Shown: positions 37,806 to 47,172, numbered from the stretch's first letter. The stretch is DNA of 64,000 nt from Candidatus Coprovivens sp. (GCA_051886175.1 JBJEXV010000066.1:8996-72995); one strand, 5' to 3'. Made by a program: numbers and translations. The notes: generated by a model not told the origin, from the sequence alone.

Positions 37806-39377
37806 ATGAGTACAGGACAAGGAGCTGGCGCTACTAACGGAGATTTTTTTGATTATACTGGTGTAAAAAGTTGTATGGATTCGTTAGATCAAAAATTTTC
37901 TGAGTTTGCTGAACTATTAAGAAGTGTTAATGATTATATGAATGATAATATTCATATTGACCATAATTCTGCTATATTTGGATTGTTAGGAGAAAAATTT
38001 TTGAACGACTGGAATGAAAATGCATCTACTTTTGGTGATTTTTATGAAAACTTCTCTGTATGGAATCAATTAATGGTTAACATAATGAATCAATACGGTG
38101 GGTTTGATGATGCGGCAGTTAAAAATGCAATTGGTCAAAATCAATCTAGTGGGGCTACACTTGCTGGTGTTGCAGAAACAAGAGCTGCAATTTGGGAAAA
38201 TAATCAATTACAAGATTTTAAGGAGGCTAACTTGGTTGCAGGTGCAAACGGAGTTGTTGAAGAAGGCGTTGTTAATAAAGAAATTTTATATGATGGATAT
38301 GAACAATATACATATATAGATGGAACTGTTGTTACTTATGAAAAAGCTGGTGATGGCAGTGTTCAAAGAATGATAGTTGAAAATGTAGATGGAACTATCG
38401 ATACTAAATTAGTATTAGAAGACGGCGGAATGGTTATAGAAAGATATGACGTAAATGGTAAAGCTTATTCTTCTGATATTGTTGGAGCAAACGGAGAAGT
38501 GTTGGCAACTAGAAATTATACTGATGATTATAAAAATGAAACTATTACATTCTATAATGCTGACGGAAGTAAGGATACTATTAAAATATATGATGATTCT
38601 ATTCCTTGGAATACTGGCATGAAAAATGTTACAACAACAGATATGGTTATGCATAGTGATGCTTTTCAACAATTGTTTTATGGTAAAGATGCTAGAAATA
38701 TTTCGAGTGGTGAAATTCTTGATATTACAAAGAGTGCAGTAGTTGAAAATAATCTTGAACGTGATTTCTCAACTGGTGTGAAAACTGCTGATACTTTATC
38801 TCAACATGGAACTTCAACTGATATTTTAGATAACGGATATACTCCTCATTATGCTGATAGATATATTGATAAAAGTGAATTGTATTCTACTAACGAACAA
38901 AAACAAATTGATGCTATTATAGATTATAGAAAAGGGGCACCGGTTGAAGCAGTTCAAGGGCATGATATTGAAGCGGTTAGAGATTCTTATAGAACTAACG
39001 ATATGGCTGATTCTTATGGTCAACAATCTGCTGCGTTCCAAGGTGGAAAAGGAACTACTAGACCTAGTGGTACGGATGGTAATGTTACTAGTGGAAATAC
39101 TGTTTTATATAATTCTGGATATAATACTACAATGCCAAGTAAAACAGATGAAGAAGGGGTAACTAATCCTGCATATAATAACGGAGTTCCTGTTACTGTT
39201 CCAAATGCAATGGATGATGAAAAAGTTGAGGCTTCGACATTGGTATATAATCCTAATACTGGCGAATATACAGTTCAGCCAGTTCCATATAATCCAAGCG
39301 ATGAGGCTCAACTCGTTTTGTTAGGTCAAGATAATAACGATAATGGACAAAGTGGTCCTAAGGTATATAGCTGTTAG
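37806..39377 (+). CDS. putative T7SS substrate: WXG100-like N-terminal domain, short YD-like beta-hairpin repeats, unknown C-terminus
   Basis: SD GAAGGTG before ATG 37806. N-terminus LDQKFSEFAELL...FLNDWNENASTFGDF. Repeats YTYIDGTVVTYE, IERYDVNGKAY, TFYNADGSKDT. No signal peptide or TM. Confidence 0.55.
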   Translation: MSTGQGAGATNGDFFDYTGVKSCMDSLDQKFSEFAELLRSVNDYMNDNIHIDHNSAIFGLLGEKFLNDWNENASTFGDFYENFSVWNQLMVNIMNQYGGFDDAAVKNAIGQNQSSGATLAGVAETRAAIWENNQLQDFKEANLVAGANGVVEEGVVNKEILYDGYEQYTYIDGTVVTYEKAGDGSVQRMIVENVDGTIDTKLVLEDGGMVIERYDVNGKAYSSDIVGANGEVLATRNYTDDYKNETITFYNADGSKDTIKIYDDSIPWNTGMKNVTTTDMVMHSDAFQQLFYGKDARNISSGEILDITKSAVVENNLERDFSTGVKTADTLSQHGTSTDILDNGYTPHYADRYIDKSELYSTNEQKQIDAIIDYRKGAPVEAVQGHDIEAVRDSYRTNDMADSYGQQSAAFQGGKGTTRPSGTDGNVTSGNTVLYNSGYNTTMPSKTDEEGVTNPAYNNGVPVTVPNAMDDEKVEASTLVYNPNTGEYTVQPVPYNPSDEAQLVLLGQDNNDNGQSGPKVYSC

Positions 39378-39394
39378 AAGGGTGGTAATAGGTT

Positions 39395-39628
39395 ATGGGT
39401 AGTTTAAATATTAAAACATTAGGTAATAATATTGAAAAAGTTCAAAATGTGATCAGAGCGTTAGAAACTGTAAAAACTGATTGGCCTGATTTTGTAAAAA
39501 CCGATCAATCCTTTTACGATGAATTTATGAATGATATGGAAAAATTAATAAATGATTTAAAAACATTTAAAACCAATTTAGAAGATTGCGGCGAAAAAGC
39601 TGACCAATATGCTGACTGGGTTGTGTAG
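39395..39628 (+). CDS. small helical protein (77 aa), candidate T7SS partner/chaperone
   Basis: SD AAGGGTGG. Two predicted helices around DWPDF. It lies directly upstream of the 907-aa protein. Confidence 0.5.
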   Translation: MGSLNIKTLGNNIEKVQNVIRALETVKTDWPDFVKTDQSFYDEFMNDMEKLINDLKTFKTNLEDCGEKADQYADWVV

Positions 39629-39640
39629 GAGGTGTAGAAA

Positions 39641-42364
39641 ATGGGATATATAAAAGTTGATAAAAGTAACACAATACCTACAGATTTAAGAAAAGCTGCA
39701 ACAGATTTTAGGGCAATGACTAGTGATTTGGATACGTGGATTAATAATAATTATAATGTGCCCAAAAGTAAATTGTATAAAGAAGAAAAGTATCAAGAAA
39801 AGAGTTGGGTAGAAGATTTAAAAGAATATGTTACAAAAACTTTTACTAGAGTTGTTTATGATCATCGTAATGCTTATGAAATGTACAAACAATGGTTGGA
39901 CAAAGCTCGTAGTTACAATTCTTCAGCTAAAGCAATTGAGCTAAAAGAAGCAGAACGCTTGGCGACAGCTGTTGAAGGAATGATATTGTTAATTGAACAA
40001 TTTGATGATATTAAGAATTTCGACTTAGCTGAAGGCTATTCTGGAAATATGGATATAACAACTTCTGATAATGGTTCTACTGTTACTTTATATTTTAAAG
40101 ATGCAGATGGTAATCTTGTTAGAATATCTGATTTGGTCAATTGTTTTTATTCATATTCTGGAATGTCAATGAGTGGCGTTGTTCAAGGTTATTTATATGC
40201 TGAAGCTAATGGTCTTGAATTTACTGCTGAATATCAACAACAAATTTTAGATGGTGTTAATTCAACAGTTGGAAAGATTAATGAAGCAGAAGGATTTGGA
40301 GTAGTAACTGATGCTGATTTAGAGGGGGTTAGTACTGCGTTAGGTTTTGATTATGCTGCTTTTGTTAGCAATGCTCAAAATACTGGTGGTAATTGGTCTA
40401 ATAACATGGAAGTTGGGTCAACTATTTTAAATCAAAATTATATTATGCAAGAGGCATTTAATTTTGATCCTAATAATCCTGGTGGTGTTCTTGAACAGTC
40501 GGAACAACGAGTTGGTCTACTTAATGATATAACTGGAATGGGTGAAAATCAAATTTCTGATGATCCGACTGGACCAACATTATCAGTACTAGAAGAAACT
40601 GGACCAGGAGGGCCAGAAGAAACTCTTCCGCCTGGAACTGAAGAAGAATCGACTGTTCCAACTAAACCTCTTGATATAGAGTTAATTGATGTTGGTGGAG
40701 CTGATTACTTTAAGAATTTATTGCCGGATACTGAATATGATTATGATGATTTAGCTCGTCAAATGTTCGAAGGAATGTCTGAAGATGAATTATTGGCATT
40801 TAGAGAACAATCTATTAATAGAGCTACAGGATTCATTGAAGCAAACGATGTTGAAAGTATTTCTAATGATTTAACTGGTTATGGATATAGCCAAAGTGAT
40901 ATTGGTAACTTCGTTGATGTAAATAATAAAATTGTTAAAGATCCAGATGCAGTTATTGCTGCTTATGTAGCTGGAGATCAAAATAACTATATGGCTAATA
41001 TGGCTAATAATATGGCTATGAATGATGGTGTTACAGGATTTACTTCATCACATGGTTCTAACGCAAGTTATAGTAACCATCAAAATGGTACTGTTAACGC
41101 AAATATTGCTAACATGCATGATGATGAAGAGGTTGATGAAGCATCTAAAAAATATCAACAAGCTAAGAAAAATTATAAGCAAAAAGCTGATGAAGCAAAT
41201 GAAGCTGCTGAAGATGCTAAAGAAGCTCAAACTGAAGTTAATACTAAAGTCGAAGAGTACGGAAAAGATACTTCTAAGTGGACTGAAGAACAAGCTAAAG
41301 ATTATAACGAAGCTAAAGAAAATTACGAGCAAGCTAAAGAAAATTACGATGAAAAAGTTGAAGAATTTAATAAAGCAGAACAAGAATATAAAGATGCTAA
41401 AAATGATTATGATACTGCAAAAGAAAACTTCGAAAATGAAATTAAAGAAAATGTTAAAGCAAATGATGAATTCTACGAAAATCAAACAGAAGAAGTTAAT
41501 GTTTCTGATGATCAATTAGTAGAAGAGGTTGGCGGAACTGGTGAAAGTAATTCTAATGGAAATACTGGTGAACCAAGTGGTGAAACAACTACTGATACAA
41601 GTGTTGGTGGATCAGAACAAAATGCTGATGCAGTTGACACACAAACTCATGAAGGCACTGTAAATGGTGATGGTACTGTAAGTGCTAGTGATCAAGGATT
41701 AGTAGATTCTATTCTTGGTGGAAATGGTAGAGATGCTGGAAGCACTGATGCTGGAATTGCGATGAACAATGAAGGTGATGTTTCAACAGCTGCTAGTGAA
41801 ACTGGATTAGCTGGTGATGGATTAGCAACTGGTGGAGATACTGGTTCAGTTACTGGTGAAACTTCAACAGAACCAAATAATGGAATTGATGATTTGCGTA
41901 ATGGTGTTGATACTCCTGATGTTGAAACATCTGGTATGGATTCACAAACTGTTTTAGAAACTGCTCCTGCTAGTGAGAATGGAATTATTACTGAAGGTAA
42001 TACAACAGAAATGGCTGATGTATCAGCGATGAGCGAACCACAAGGTATGGAAGCAGTAACTACTGAAGTAACTCAAGAAGCTCCAAGTAGTGAAAATCCA
42101 TTAAATAGTGTTACTGAATCAAGCAATAATGATGCTGCAATAGTTCAACAAATGACTCAAGAAGAGGCAGCAAGAAATGAAAAACAAAAAACTGAAAGTG
42201 CAGAAAGTTCTGATGTTGGAACTCAATCTACACAAACAGTTCAAACAGCAACTGCTCAAACTCAATTTAGAACAGATGCTGGTGTAAAAGTAGAATCTAG
42301 CAGTAATGAAAATGTTGTTTCTGTTGGAAACGATGCATTATTGAACTCGATAATAACTGAATAA
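39641..42364 (+). CDS. large T7SS-associated protein (907 aa): helical N-terminus, conserved central module shared with 47628..50147, K/E coiled coil, disordered S/T/E/G tail
   Basis: SD AGGAGGTG. No signal peptide or TM. Central module DYDDLARQMF...GYGYSQSDI...AGDQNNYMA...KWTEEQAKDYNE...DYDTAKENFENEIKENV. Confidence 0.6.
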   Translation: MGYIKVDKSNTIPTDLRKAATDFRAMTSDLDTWINNNYNVPKSKLYKEEKYQEKSWVEDLKEYVTKTFTRVVYDHRNAYEMYKQWLDKARSYNSSAKAIELKEAERLATAVEGMILLIEQFDDIKNFDLAEGYSGNMDITTSDNGSTVTLYFKDADGNLVRISDLVNCFYSYSGMSMSGVVQGYLYAEANGLEFTAEYQQQILDGVNSTVGKINEAEGFGVVTDADLEGVSTALGFDYAAFVSNAQNTGGNWSNNMEVGSTILNQNYIMQEAFNFDPNNPGGVLEQSEQRVGLLNDITGMGENQISDDPTGPTLSVLEETGPGGPEETLPPGTEEESTVPTKPLDIELIDVGGADYFKNLLPDTEYDYDDLARQMFEGMSEDELLAFREQSINRATGFIEANDVESISNDLTGYGYSQSDIGNFVDVNNKIVKDPDAVIAAYVAGDQNNYMANMANNMAMNDGVTGFTSSHGSNASYSNHQNGTVNANIANMHDDEEVDEASKKYQQAKKNYKQKADEANEAAEDAKEAQTEVNTKVEEYGKDTSKWTEEQAKDYNEAKENYEQAKENYDEKVEEFNKAEQEYKDAKNDYDTAKENFENEIKENVKANDEFYENQTEEVNVSDDQLVEEVGGTGESNSNGNTGEPSGETTTDTSVGGSEQNADAVDTQTHEGTVNGDGTVSASDQGLVDSILGGNGRDAGSTDAGIAMNNEGDVSTAASETGLAGDGLATGGDTGSVTGETSTEPNNGIDDLRNGVDTPDVETSGMDSQTVLETAPASENGIITEGNTTEMADVSAMSEPQGMEAVTTEVTQEAPSSENPLNSVTESSNNDAAIVQQMTQEEAARNEKQKTESAESSDVGTQSTQTVQTATAQTQFRTDAGVKVESSSNENVVSVGNDALLNSIITE

Positions 42365-42385
42365 AAAGGATAGGAGAAAGTTGGA

Positions 42386-42823
42386 ATGAAAGAAAAGTAT
42401 TTACCAATAGGAACTGTAGTTTTATTAAAAGGTGGAAAGAAAAGAGCAATGATTACTGGATTCTGTTCAGTAGCTCAAGAAAACCAAGATAAAATATATG
42501 ATTATAGTGGATGCGTATATCCAGAAGGATATTTGAGTTCTAATCAAGTATGTTTATTTGATCATGACCAAATAGAAAAAGTATATTTTGAAGGTTTCGT
42601 TGATGATGAAGAAATTCAATTCAAAGAAAAATTAAATACTATAGTTGCTAATTTAGAAAATCAAATGTCTGCAGATGCTGCAGCAACAACTCCAGCAACA
42701 GAAGAAACTACTTCTGAAGCTCCTGCTGAAATCCCTACTGTTGATACACCAATTGGTGGTTTAGGGAATTTAGAAGGTGAAGCAATTACTGAAGATTCTG
42801 ATATCAAACCATTCGGAGAATAA
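42386..42823 (+). CDS. DUF4176-like protein (T7SS-associated) with an acidic Ala/Thr/Glu tail
   Basis: KYLPIGTVVLLKGGKKRAMITGF...YDYSGCVYPEGY...LFDHDQIEKVYFEGFVDDEE matches the DUF4176 consensus pattern. Confidence 0.7.
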   Translation: MKEKYLPIGTVVLLKGGKKRAMITGFCSVAQENQDKIYDYSGCVYPEGYLSSNQVCLFDHDQIEKVYFEGFVDDEEIQFKEKLNTIVANLENQMSADAAATTPATEETTSEAPAEIPTVDTPIGGLGNLEGEAITEDSDIKPFGE

Positions 42824-42849
42824 AAAAGCCATTATATGGCTTTTTTTTA
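42824..42849 (+). terminator. intrinsic terminator
   Basis: agccat-tat-atggct followed by T8. Confidence 0.75.
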
Positions 42850-42858
42850 TTATCTTTA

Positions 42859-42887
42859 TTGACTATAATGTGAAATTTTTGTAAAAT
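42859..42887 (+). promoter_or_regulatory. sigma-A promoter for the esxA unit
   Basis: TTGACT (42859-64), 17-nt spacer, TAAAAT (42882-87). Leaves a 5' UTR of about 115 nt. Confidence 0.6.
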
Positions 42888-43002
42888 GATATTATAAGGA
42901 TATGGTGATAGTCAAGAGGGTTTTGGAACTAACCTACATTATATTCTTTATATACTAGAAGTGTATTCTTATAATTGATGAAAATTGGATGGAGGTGCAA
43001 TT

Positions 43003-43308
43003 ATGGGTGCATTAAGAATGGAAAGTGGAGAATTACGTAATCTAGGAAATGAAATTAAGAGTAATGCTAGTAGCTTTAATTCATTAATTTCTCAATTCCA
43101 ATCAGAATATGAATCTCTAACAGCTAATGGAACTTGGGAAGGACCAGACTCAGTTACATTTGCTCAAGCTGCTGCTAACTTTAAGGCTGACTTAGATAAA
43201 GCTGCTCAATTAGTAGAAGAAGTTGGTCAAAACTTAGTAACAACTGCTGATAACTACGATTCAGTACATGAAAGCGTAAACTCAAGCATCAATAGTATGT
43301 TAGGATAA
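43003..43308 (+). CDS. esxA: WXG100 protein, EsxA-like
   Basis: SD GGAGGTG before ATG 43003. 101 aa. Canonical central turn GTWEGPDSVTFAQAAANF (W-x-G). Confidence 0.85.
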   Translation: MGALRMESGELRNLGNEIKSNASSFNSLISQFQSEYESLTANGTWEGPDSVTFAQAAANFKADLDKAAQLVEEVGQNLVTTADNYDSVHESVNSSINSMLG

Positions 43309-43368
43309 TATCTAACAAAACTATAACTAACCAAAAAACAAAAAAATATTATAAGTGAGGTGACACAG

Positions 43369-43671
43369 ATGAATGTTTTTGAATATACAACTTTCTGTGA
43401 AGTTTATGAAAATTTAAAGAAAACTATCGGTACTATGGAGGATGCTGATCCAAGTACAGTTGGTGGAGTTATCAAATCAAGTGATACTCAAATTAATAAA
43501 GGATTAGACTACGCTGCAGATTCTTCTTGGGCTGCTTCTAAATTAGCTGCTTGGAATGAAATGCTTCCTGGTTTAAAAACAAATTTCGAAAACTTAATCG
43601 TTTTATTAAACAACGCAAAAAATGCTGCTGATAAATATAACGAATTCGAAAAAACAAATTCAGGTATGTAA
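43369..43671 (+). CDS. WXG100-like partner protein (EsxB-like position)
   Basis: SD GTGAGGTG before ATG 43369 (track GTG 43360 is also possible). 100 aa, helical, SSWAASKLAAWNE turn. Followed by two hairpins (43675-43745). Confidence 0.55.
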   Translation: MNVFEYTTFCEVYENLKKTIGTMEDADPSTVGGVIKSSDTQINKGLDYAADSSWAASKLAAWNEMLPGLKTNFENLIVLLNNAKNAADKYNEFEKTNSGM

Positions 43672-43765
43672 TCCTATGTACTACTGTTGTAGTACATTGT
43701 AAGTTGCTAAACAGTTAGTTTGGCAATTTACAATGTACTATATTTTTTAGAAAGATGGTGTTTAT

Positions 43766-45046
43766 ATGGCTTGGGATTTTACGGTTGATAGTGATATCCA
43801 GTTAGATATGGCGAAATATTTGAAGGAGAAAGCAGATGAACTAGATACTCAATTTGCAAATTTATATACACAAATTGGACCTAGTAATCTTGGAACTCAT
43901 TGGGTTGGTAGTGATTATGATGCATTCAATGTGGGATGTGAAGGTTATAAACAAGCTTTAGATGATATGACTGATTCTGTCCGTATGTATGCCAGCCATT
44001 TTGAAAAAGTTGCCGAAGGAACTGATTTATTATCTTCTCTATGTATTTCAATAGTACAAAATATGACAACTAGAGGAGATGCATTACCAGGATCTGGTGG
44101 AGCTGTAAGTACTACTGGTGGAACAGGAACTACTGGAACAGGAGGTACTACTACAGGTACTGGTGGTAATGGCCAAGGAACCGGCGGTAATGGAACTACT
44201 GCTGTGACTGGAGGAACTGGTCAAGGAACTGGTGGAAATGGTACAGGTACTACTGGTCAAGGTGGAACAGGATTTAGAGGAGGTTCTACTGTTCAAGGTG
44301 GTACTGGCGGTAACGGAACTACTGGACAAGGAAATGGCGGTGTAGTTGGAACTGGAGGACAATCGTTGATTGGACAAGGAACTGGTGGAAATGGTACGGG
44401 TACTACTGGTCAAGGTGGAACAGGATTTAGAGGAGGTTCTACTGGTCAAGGTGGCACCGGAGGTAACGGAACTACTGCTGTGACTGGAGGAACTGGTCAA
44501 GGAACTGGTGGAAATGGAAATCAGCAACAAAGTCAACAAAATCAACAACAAAAACCTGGATATTGGCAACAACAAGGTCAAAGATATGTTGATGATTGGA
44601 ATGACTTTACTGGCGATGTTTCATATACATGGGGTAAAGCTAATGGCTTGATTTCTGGAACATATGCGTTAGCAGAAACAGGTGTTGAAACTAGTTTATT
44701 TGTTGCTGACACTGCTATTAATACTGTTCAAACTGGAACTGATATGATTCAAAGTGGTGCTAACTGGTTATTTGATGCTTTTAATAGTCGTTCAGTTGGA
44801 AATGGCGATTACTGGAGTAATATAGGAAAAGATTATGCTGAAAACTTCGATTATTCTACTTGTGATAATTTTGCTGAAGGTTTAGGTGTGACTTTATGTG
44901 CTGTACCTCGTACAGTAGTAGATATTGGTCAAACAGTTATTAATGCTGGTGCTGATGCTATTGAATTTGTTGGAGACGGAGTGTCTTGGTTAGGAGATAA
45001 GGTTAATGATGGTGTAACATGGCTTGGTAACTTTATCTTTGGATAG
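43766..45046 (+). CDS. putative T7SS effector: WXG100-like N-domain, Gly/Thr/Gln repeat linker, about 150-aa C-terminal domain of unknown function
   Basis: N-domain with THWVGSDYDAF (W-x-G). Repeats GGTGQGTGGNGTGTTGQGGTGFRGGST. Q-rich stretch. C-terminal domain with repeated W-L-(G/F) and small-residue-rich amphipathic segments. Confidence 0.6.
   Translation: MAWDFTVDSDIQLDMAKYLKEKADELDTQFANLYTQIGPSNLGTHWVGSDYDAFNVGCEGYKQALDDMTDSVRMYASHFEKVAEGTDLLSSLCISIVQNMTTRGDALPGSGGAVSTTGGTGTTGTGGTTTGTGGNGQGTGGNGTTAVTGGTGQGTGGNGTGTTGQGGTGFRGGSTVQGGTGGNGTTGQGNGGVVGTGGQSLIGQGTGGNGTGTTGQGGTGFRGGSTGQGGTGGNGTTAVTGGTGQGTGGNGNQQQSQQNQQQKPGYWQQQGQRYVDDWNDFTGDVSYTWGKANGLISGTYALAETGVETSLFVADTAINTVQTGTDMIQSGANWLFDAFNSRSVGNGDYWSNIGKDYAENFDYSTCDNFAEGLGVTLCAVPRTVVDIGQTVINAGADAIEFVGDGVSWLGDKVNDGVTWLGNFIFG
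44186..44520 (+). repeat. interleaved long direct repeats inside the Gly/Thr-rich coding tract
   Basis: A 50-bp exact repeat occurs at 44192-44241 and 44468-44517. An about 80-bp repeat occurs at 44222-44300 and 44375-44454, with 2 mismatches. Confidence 0.85.
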
Positions 45047-45069
45047 AATGAATAGAAAGGGATATAGAT

Positions 45070-45435
45070 ATGGATAATAATGAAAGTAAATTGCTTGGTA
45101 TGGAAAGATGTGTAATTTTACAAGCAATAGCTGAAAATTACTTAATTAGAACTACTGGGAAACATTTTGATGAGGCTTATCCTGAAGTTCAAGAAGAATA
45201 TGGTGTTCTTCTTGAACAACACATTCGTTTATTAAAAGCTTATTTGAATGAAGAATATGCAGAAAGAAATTTAAATTTAAACGAATGTATTAGAAGATCA
45301 GGTGAAACTGCTATTCTTGATGATAAATTAACTGACTATGAAGTTAAAGCACTTATTAGAAATGCTGATTTAGTTTTATCTACTTATGTAATGGTAGAAG
45401 AAAGAAAGAAAAAACTTTGGAAAAAAGAAGCTTAA
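45070..45435 (+). CDS. hypothetical cytoplasmic helical protein (121 aa); immunity or chaperone candidate
   Basis: SD AAAGGGA. No TM or signal peptide. Lies between two large putative substrates. Confidence 0.45.
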   Translation: MDNNESKLLGMERCVILQAIAENYLIRTTGKHFDEAYPEVQEEYGVLLEQHIRLLKAYLNEEYAERNLNLNECIRRSGETAILDDKLTDYEVKALIRNADLVLSTYVMVEERKKKLWKKEA

Positions 45436-45483
45436 TTAATAAATTTGATTTTTATATAAAAAAATTAAATGGGAGGTATAAAT

Positions 45484-47172
45484 ATGTCTGAAAGAAAATT
45501 TGATTATAATAACGTCGGAACTGTCTATAATCAAATGAAAAATATCAACGATAATATTAAGAATTTGTTAACTGATACTGATAATGAAGTTCATAATAAA
45601 GTTGATGTTTGTGAAGAAGCTATTTATGGAGATTTAGGTAATCAGTTGTTATTATCTTGGGATAATATTTCATCTAATTTTCCAAACTTTGTGGACAATT
45701 TTGAAAATTGGTCTGCATTAGTTGCTAAAGCTTCTGGTGATTATTCTCAATTCGAGGCGGATGTTGCTGCATTTAAAAATGCTAATCCACTTGGTGTTAC
45801 AAGTGCTGGAGCAACACAAGGAGCAGTTGCTACTTCATCTTATAATAATAGTTTAACTGCTGAAGAAATTGCTGAATTAGATGTAGCTACAGTGTTCTAT
45901 GAACCTACTGGTGCTACTTATATCGATACTGGAATGGTTGAATATGCTAAACAACATAAGACAATGAATATTGTAGGAGATGTACTGAATGTAGTTTCTA
46001 TTGCACTTGCTGCTGTACAAGTTGGATCTGCTGTTAAAGCTGCAAGTTCGGTTGTTCAAGCAGGTACTCAAACTACTGCATTAGCTGTTGTTGGTAATAG
46101 TGCTGATGATGCTGCATTAGCTGTTGTTGGTAATAGTGCTGATGATGCTGGTAGATTAATGTTAACTGCTGGTGCTAATAGTGCTGACGATGTTGGTTTA
46201 GCTGTTGTTTCGAGTACAGCTGATGATGCTGCTGCTGCAGGTGCTAAAACAACTGCACAAGCTGCTGCTGCTAATTTAGGCGACGATGGTCTTAATGCTG
46301 CTGGAAAAGCTGCTGCTGATCTTGGTGATGATGGTATAAAAGCTGCTGGTCAGGCTACTGCTTCTAATTTAAGCGATGATGGTTTAAAAGTTCTTGGAGA
46401 AAAAATTGGAAAAGATGGTCGTAAGTTCATTAGAGTTAAAAATGCGGATGGTGGTACAGATTTGATAGAAGCTGCTACTGGTAGAAGTACAGTTCGTGAT
46501 ATTACATATTCTGCAGATGAATTAAAGAGTATTGGAATCAATGTTGGGGATGATGTTACAGCTAATGTTGGAACTCAAACGACTAAGGCAGCTAGTGCTG
46601 CTCCGAATGGTACTACAACTGGTCCTAAAACAACAAATACAGGTGGAACAACACCAAAAGGATCAACTGGTAGTGGTGCTGCTCAAACTGCTGCTGGTAA
46701 TACAGGTGGTACAGCAACTAATACTGCTAATGGAACTAAGACTACATGGAGTCAAAAATGGAATAATTCTAAAGCTGGTCAATGGACAAATACTCAAAAA
46801 GATAAATTCTATGGTACTAAGTTTGGTCAAAAGGTTCAAGATTCTGCCAATGCTGCAACTAATAGATTCAATAATATAAAAAATAAAGTTTCTGGTTGGG
46901 GTTCTTCTGCAAGTACTGGAGCTCAAAACTTTGGAACTAATGTTAAAACAGGTGCTTCAAATATGTATAATAGTGCTAAGACAGGTGTTCAAAATGGATA
47001 TAATTATGTTAAAGATTTAAATGCTGCTAATCCAACTTATGCTGGAAAATGGGCACCAGGTGCTGTAGGTGTTAATATAGTTAACATAGGTTATGATGAT
47101 AACCAACAATATGATCCTAATGTATATAGTAATCAACAAAATCAATCTGGCTCAAATAATCAAACTCCATAA
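45484..47172 (+). CDS. putative T7SS substrate: WXG100-like N-domain, hydrophobic segment, (A/G)DD(A/G) repeats, G/T/N-rich tail
   Basis: SD GGGAGG before ATG 45484. LLLSWDNISSNFPNF turn. IVGDVLNVVSIALAAVQVGSAV. Repeats ALAVVGNSADDA x2, then NSADDVG, STADDAA, LGDDGL, LGDDGI, LSDDGL. Confidence 0.55.
   Translation: MSERKFDYNNVGTVYNQMKNINDNIKNLLTDTDNEVHNKVDVCEEAIYGDLGNQLLLSWDNISSNFPNFVDNFENWSALVAKASGDYSQFEADVAAFKNANPLGVTSAGATQGAVATSSYNNSLTAEEIAELDVATVFYEPTGATYIDTGMVEYAKQHKTMNIVGDVLNVVSIALAAVQVGSAVKAASSVVQAGTQTTALAVVGNSADDAALAVVGNSADDAGRLMLTAGANSADDVGLAVVSSTADDAAAAGAKTTAQAAAANLGDDGLNAAGKAAADLGDDGIKAAGQATASNLSDDGLKVLGEKIGKDGRKFIRVKNADGGTDLIEAATGRSTVRDITYSADELKSIGINVGDDVTANVGTQTTKAASAAPNGTTTGPKTTNTGGTTPKGSTGSGAAQTAAGNTGGTATNTANGTKTTWSQKWNNSKAGQWTNTQKDKFYGTKFGQKVQDSANAATNRFNNIKNKVSGWGSSASTGAQNFGTNVKTGASNMYNSAKTGVQNGYNYVKDLNAANPTYAGKWAPGAVGVNIVNIGYDDNQQYDPNVYSNQQNQSGSNNQTP
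46078..46149 (+). repeat. perfect 36-bp tandem duplication (2 copies), followed by degenerate copies to about 46390
   Basis: gcattagctgttgttggtaatagtgctgatgatgct occurs at 46078-46113 and again at 46114-46149. Confidence 0.9.

Noticed and set aside
41022-41519. Track ORFs 41022..41519 (+) and 41048..41515 (-) inside the 907-aa gene.
   Set aside because: They are out-of-frame and antisense readings of the GAA/AAA-rich coiled-coil repeat. The products are K/L/M or F/I/S homopolymer-like, there are no SDs, and both are fully nested in a well-supported gene.
43675-43745. Two consecutive hairpins after 43369..43671 (atgtactac/gtagtacat and ttgtaagttgctaaac/gtttggcaatttacaa) considered as a regulatory RNA.
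   Set aside because: They are followed by a T-run and sit where a partial terminator or attenuator between esx genes and the effector genes is expected. Nothing supports anything beyond a terminator.
44084-44581. Antisense ORF 44084..44581 (-), a Ser/Thr-rich 165 aa.
   Set aside because: It is the mirror image of the Gly/Thr-codon repeat (GGT/ACT). The frame is open only because the repeat lacks stop-complement triplets.
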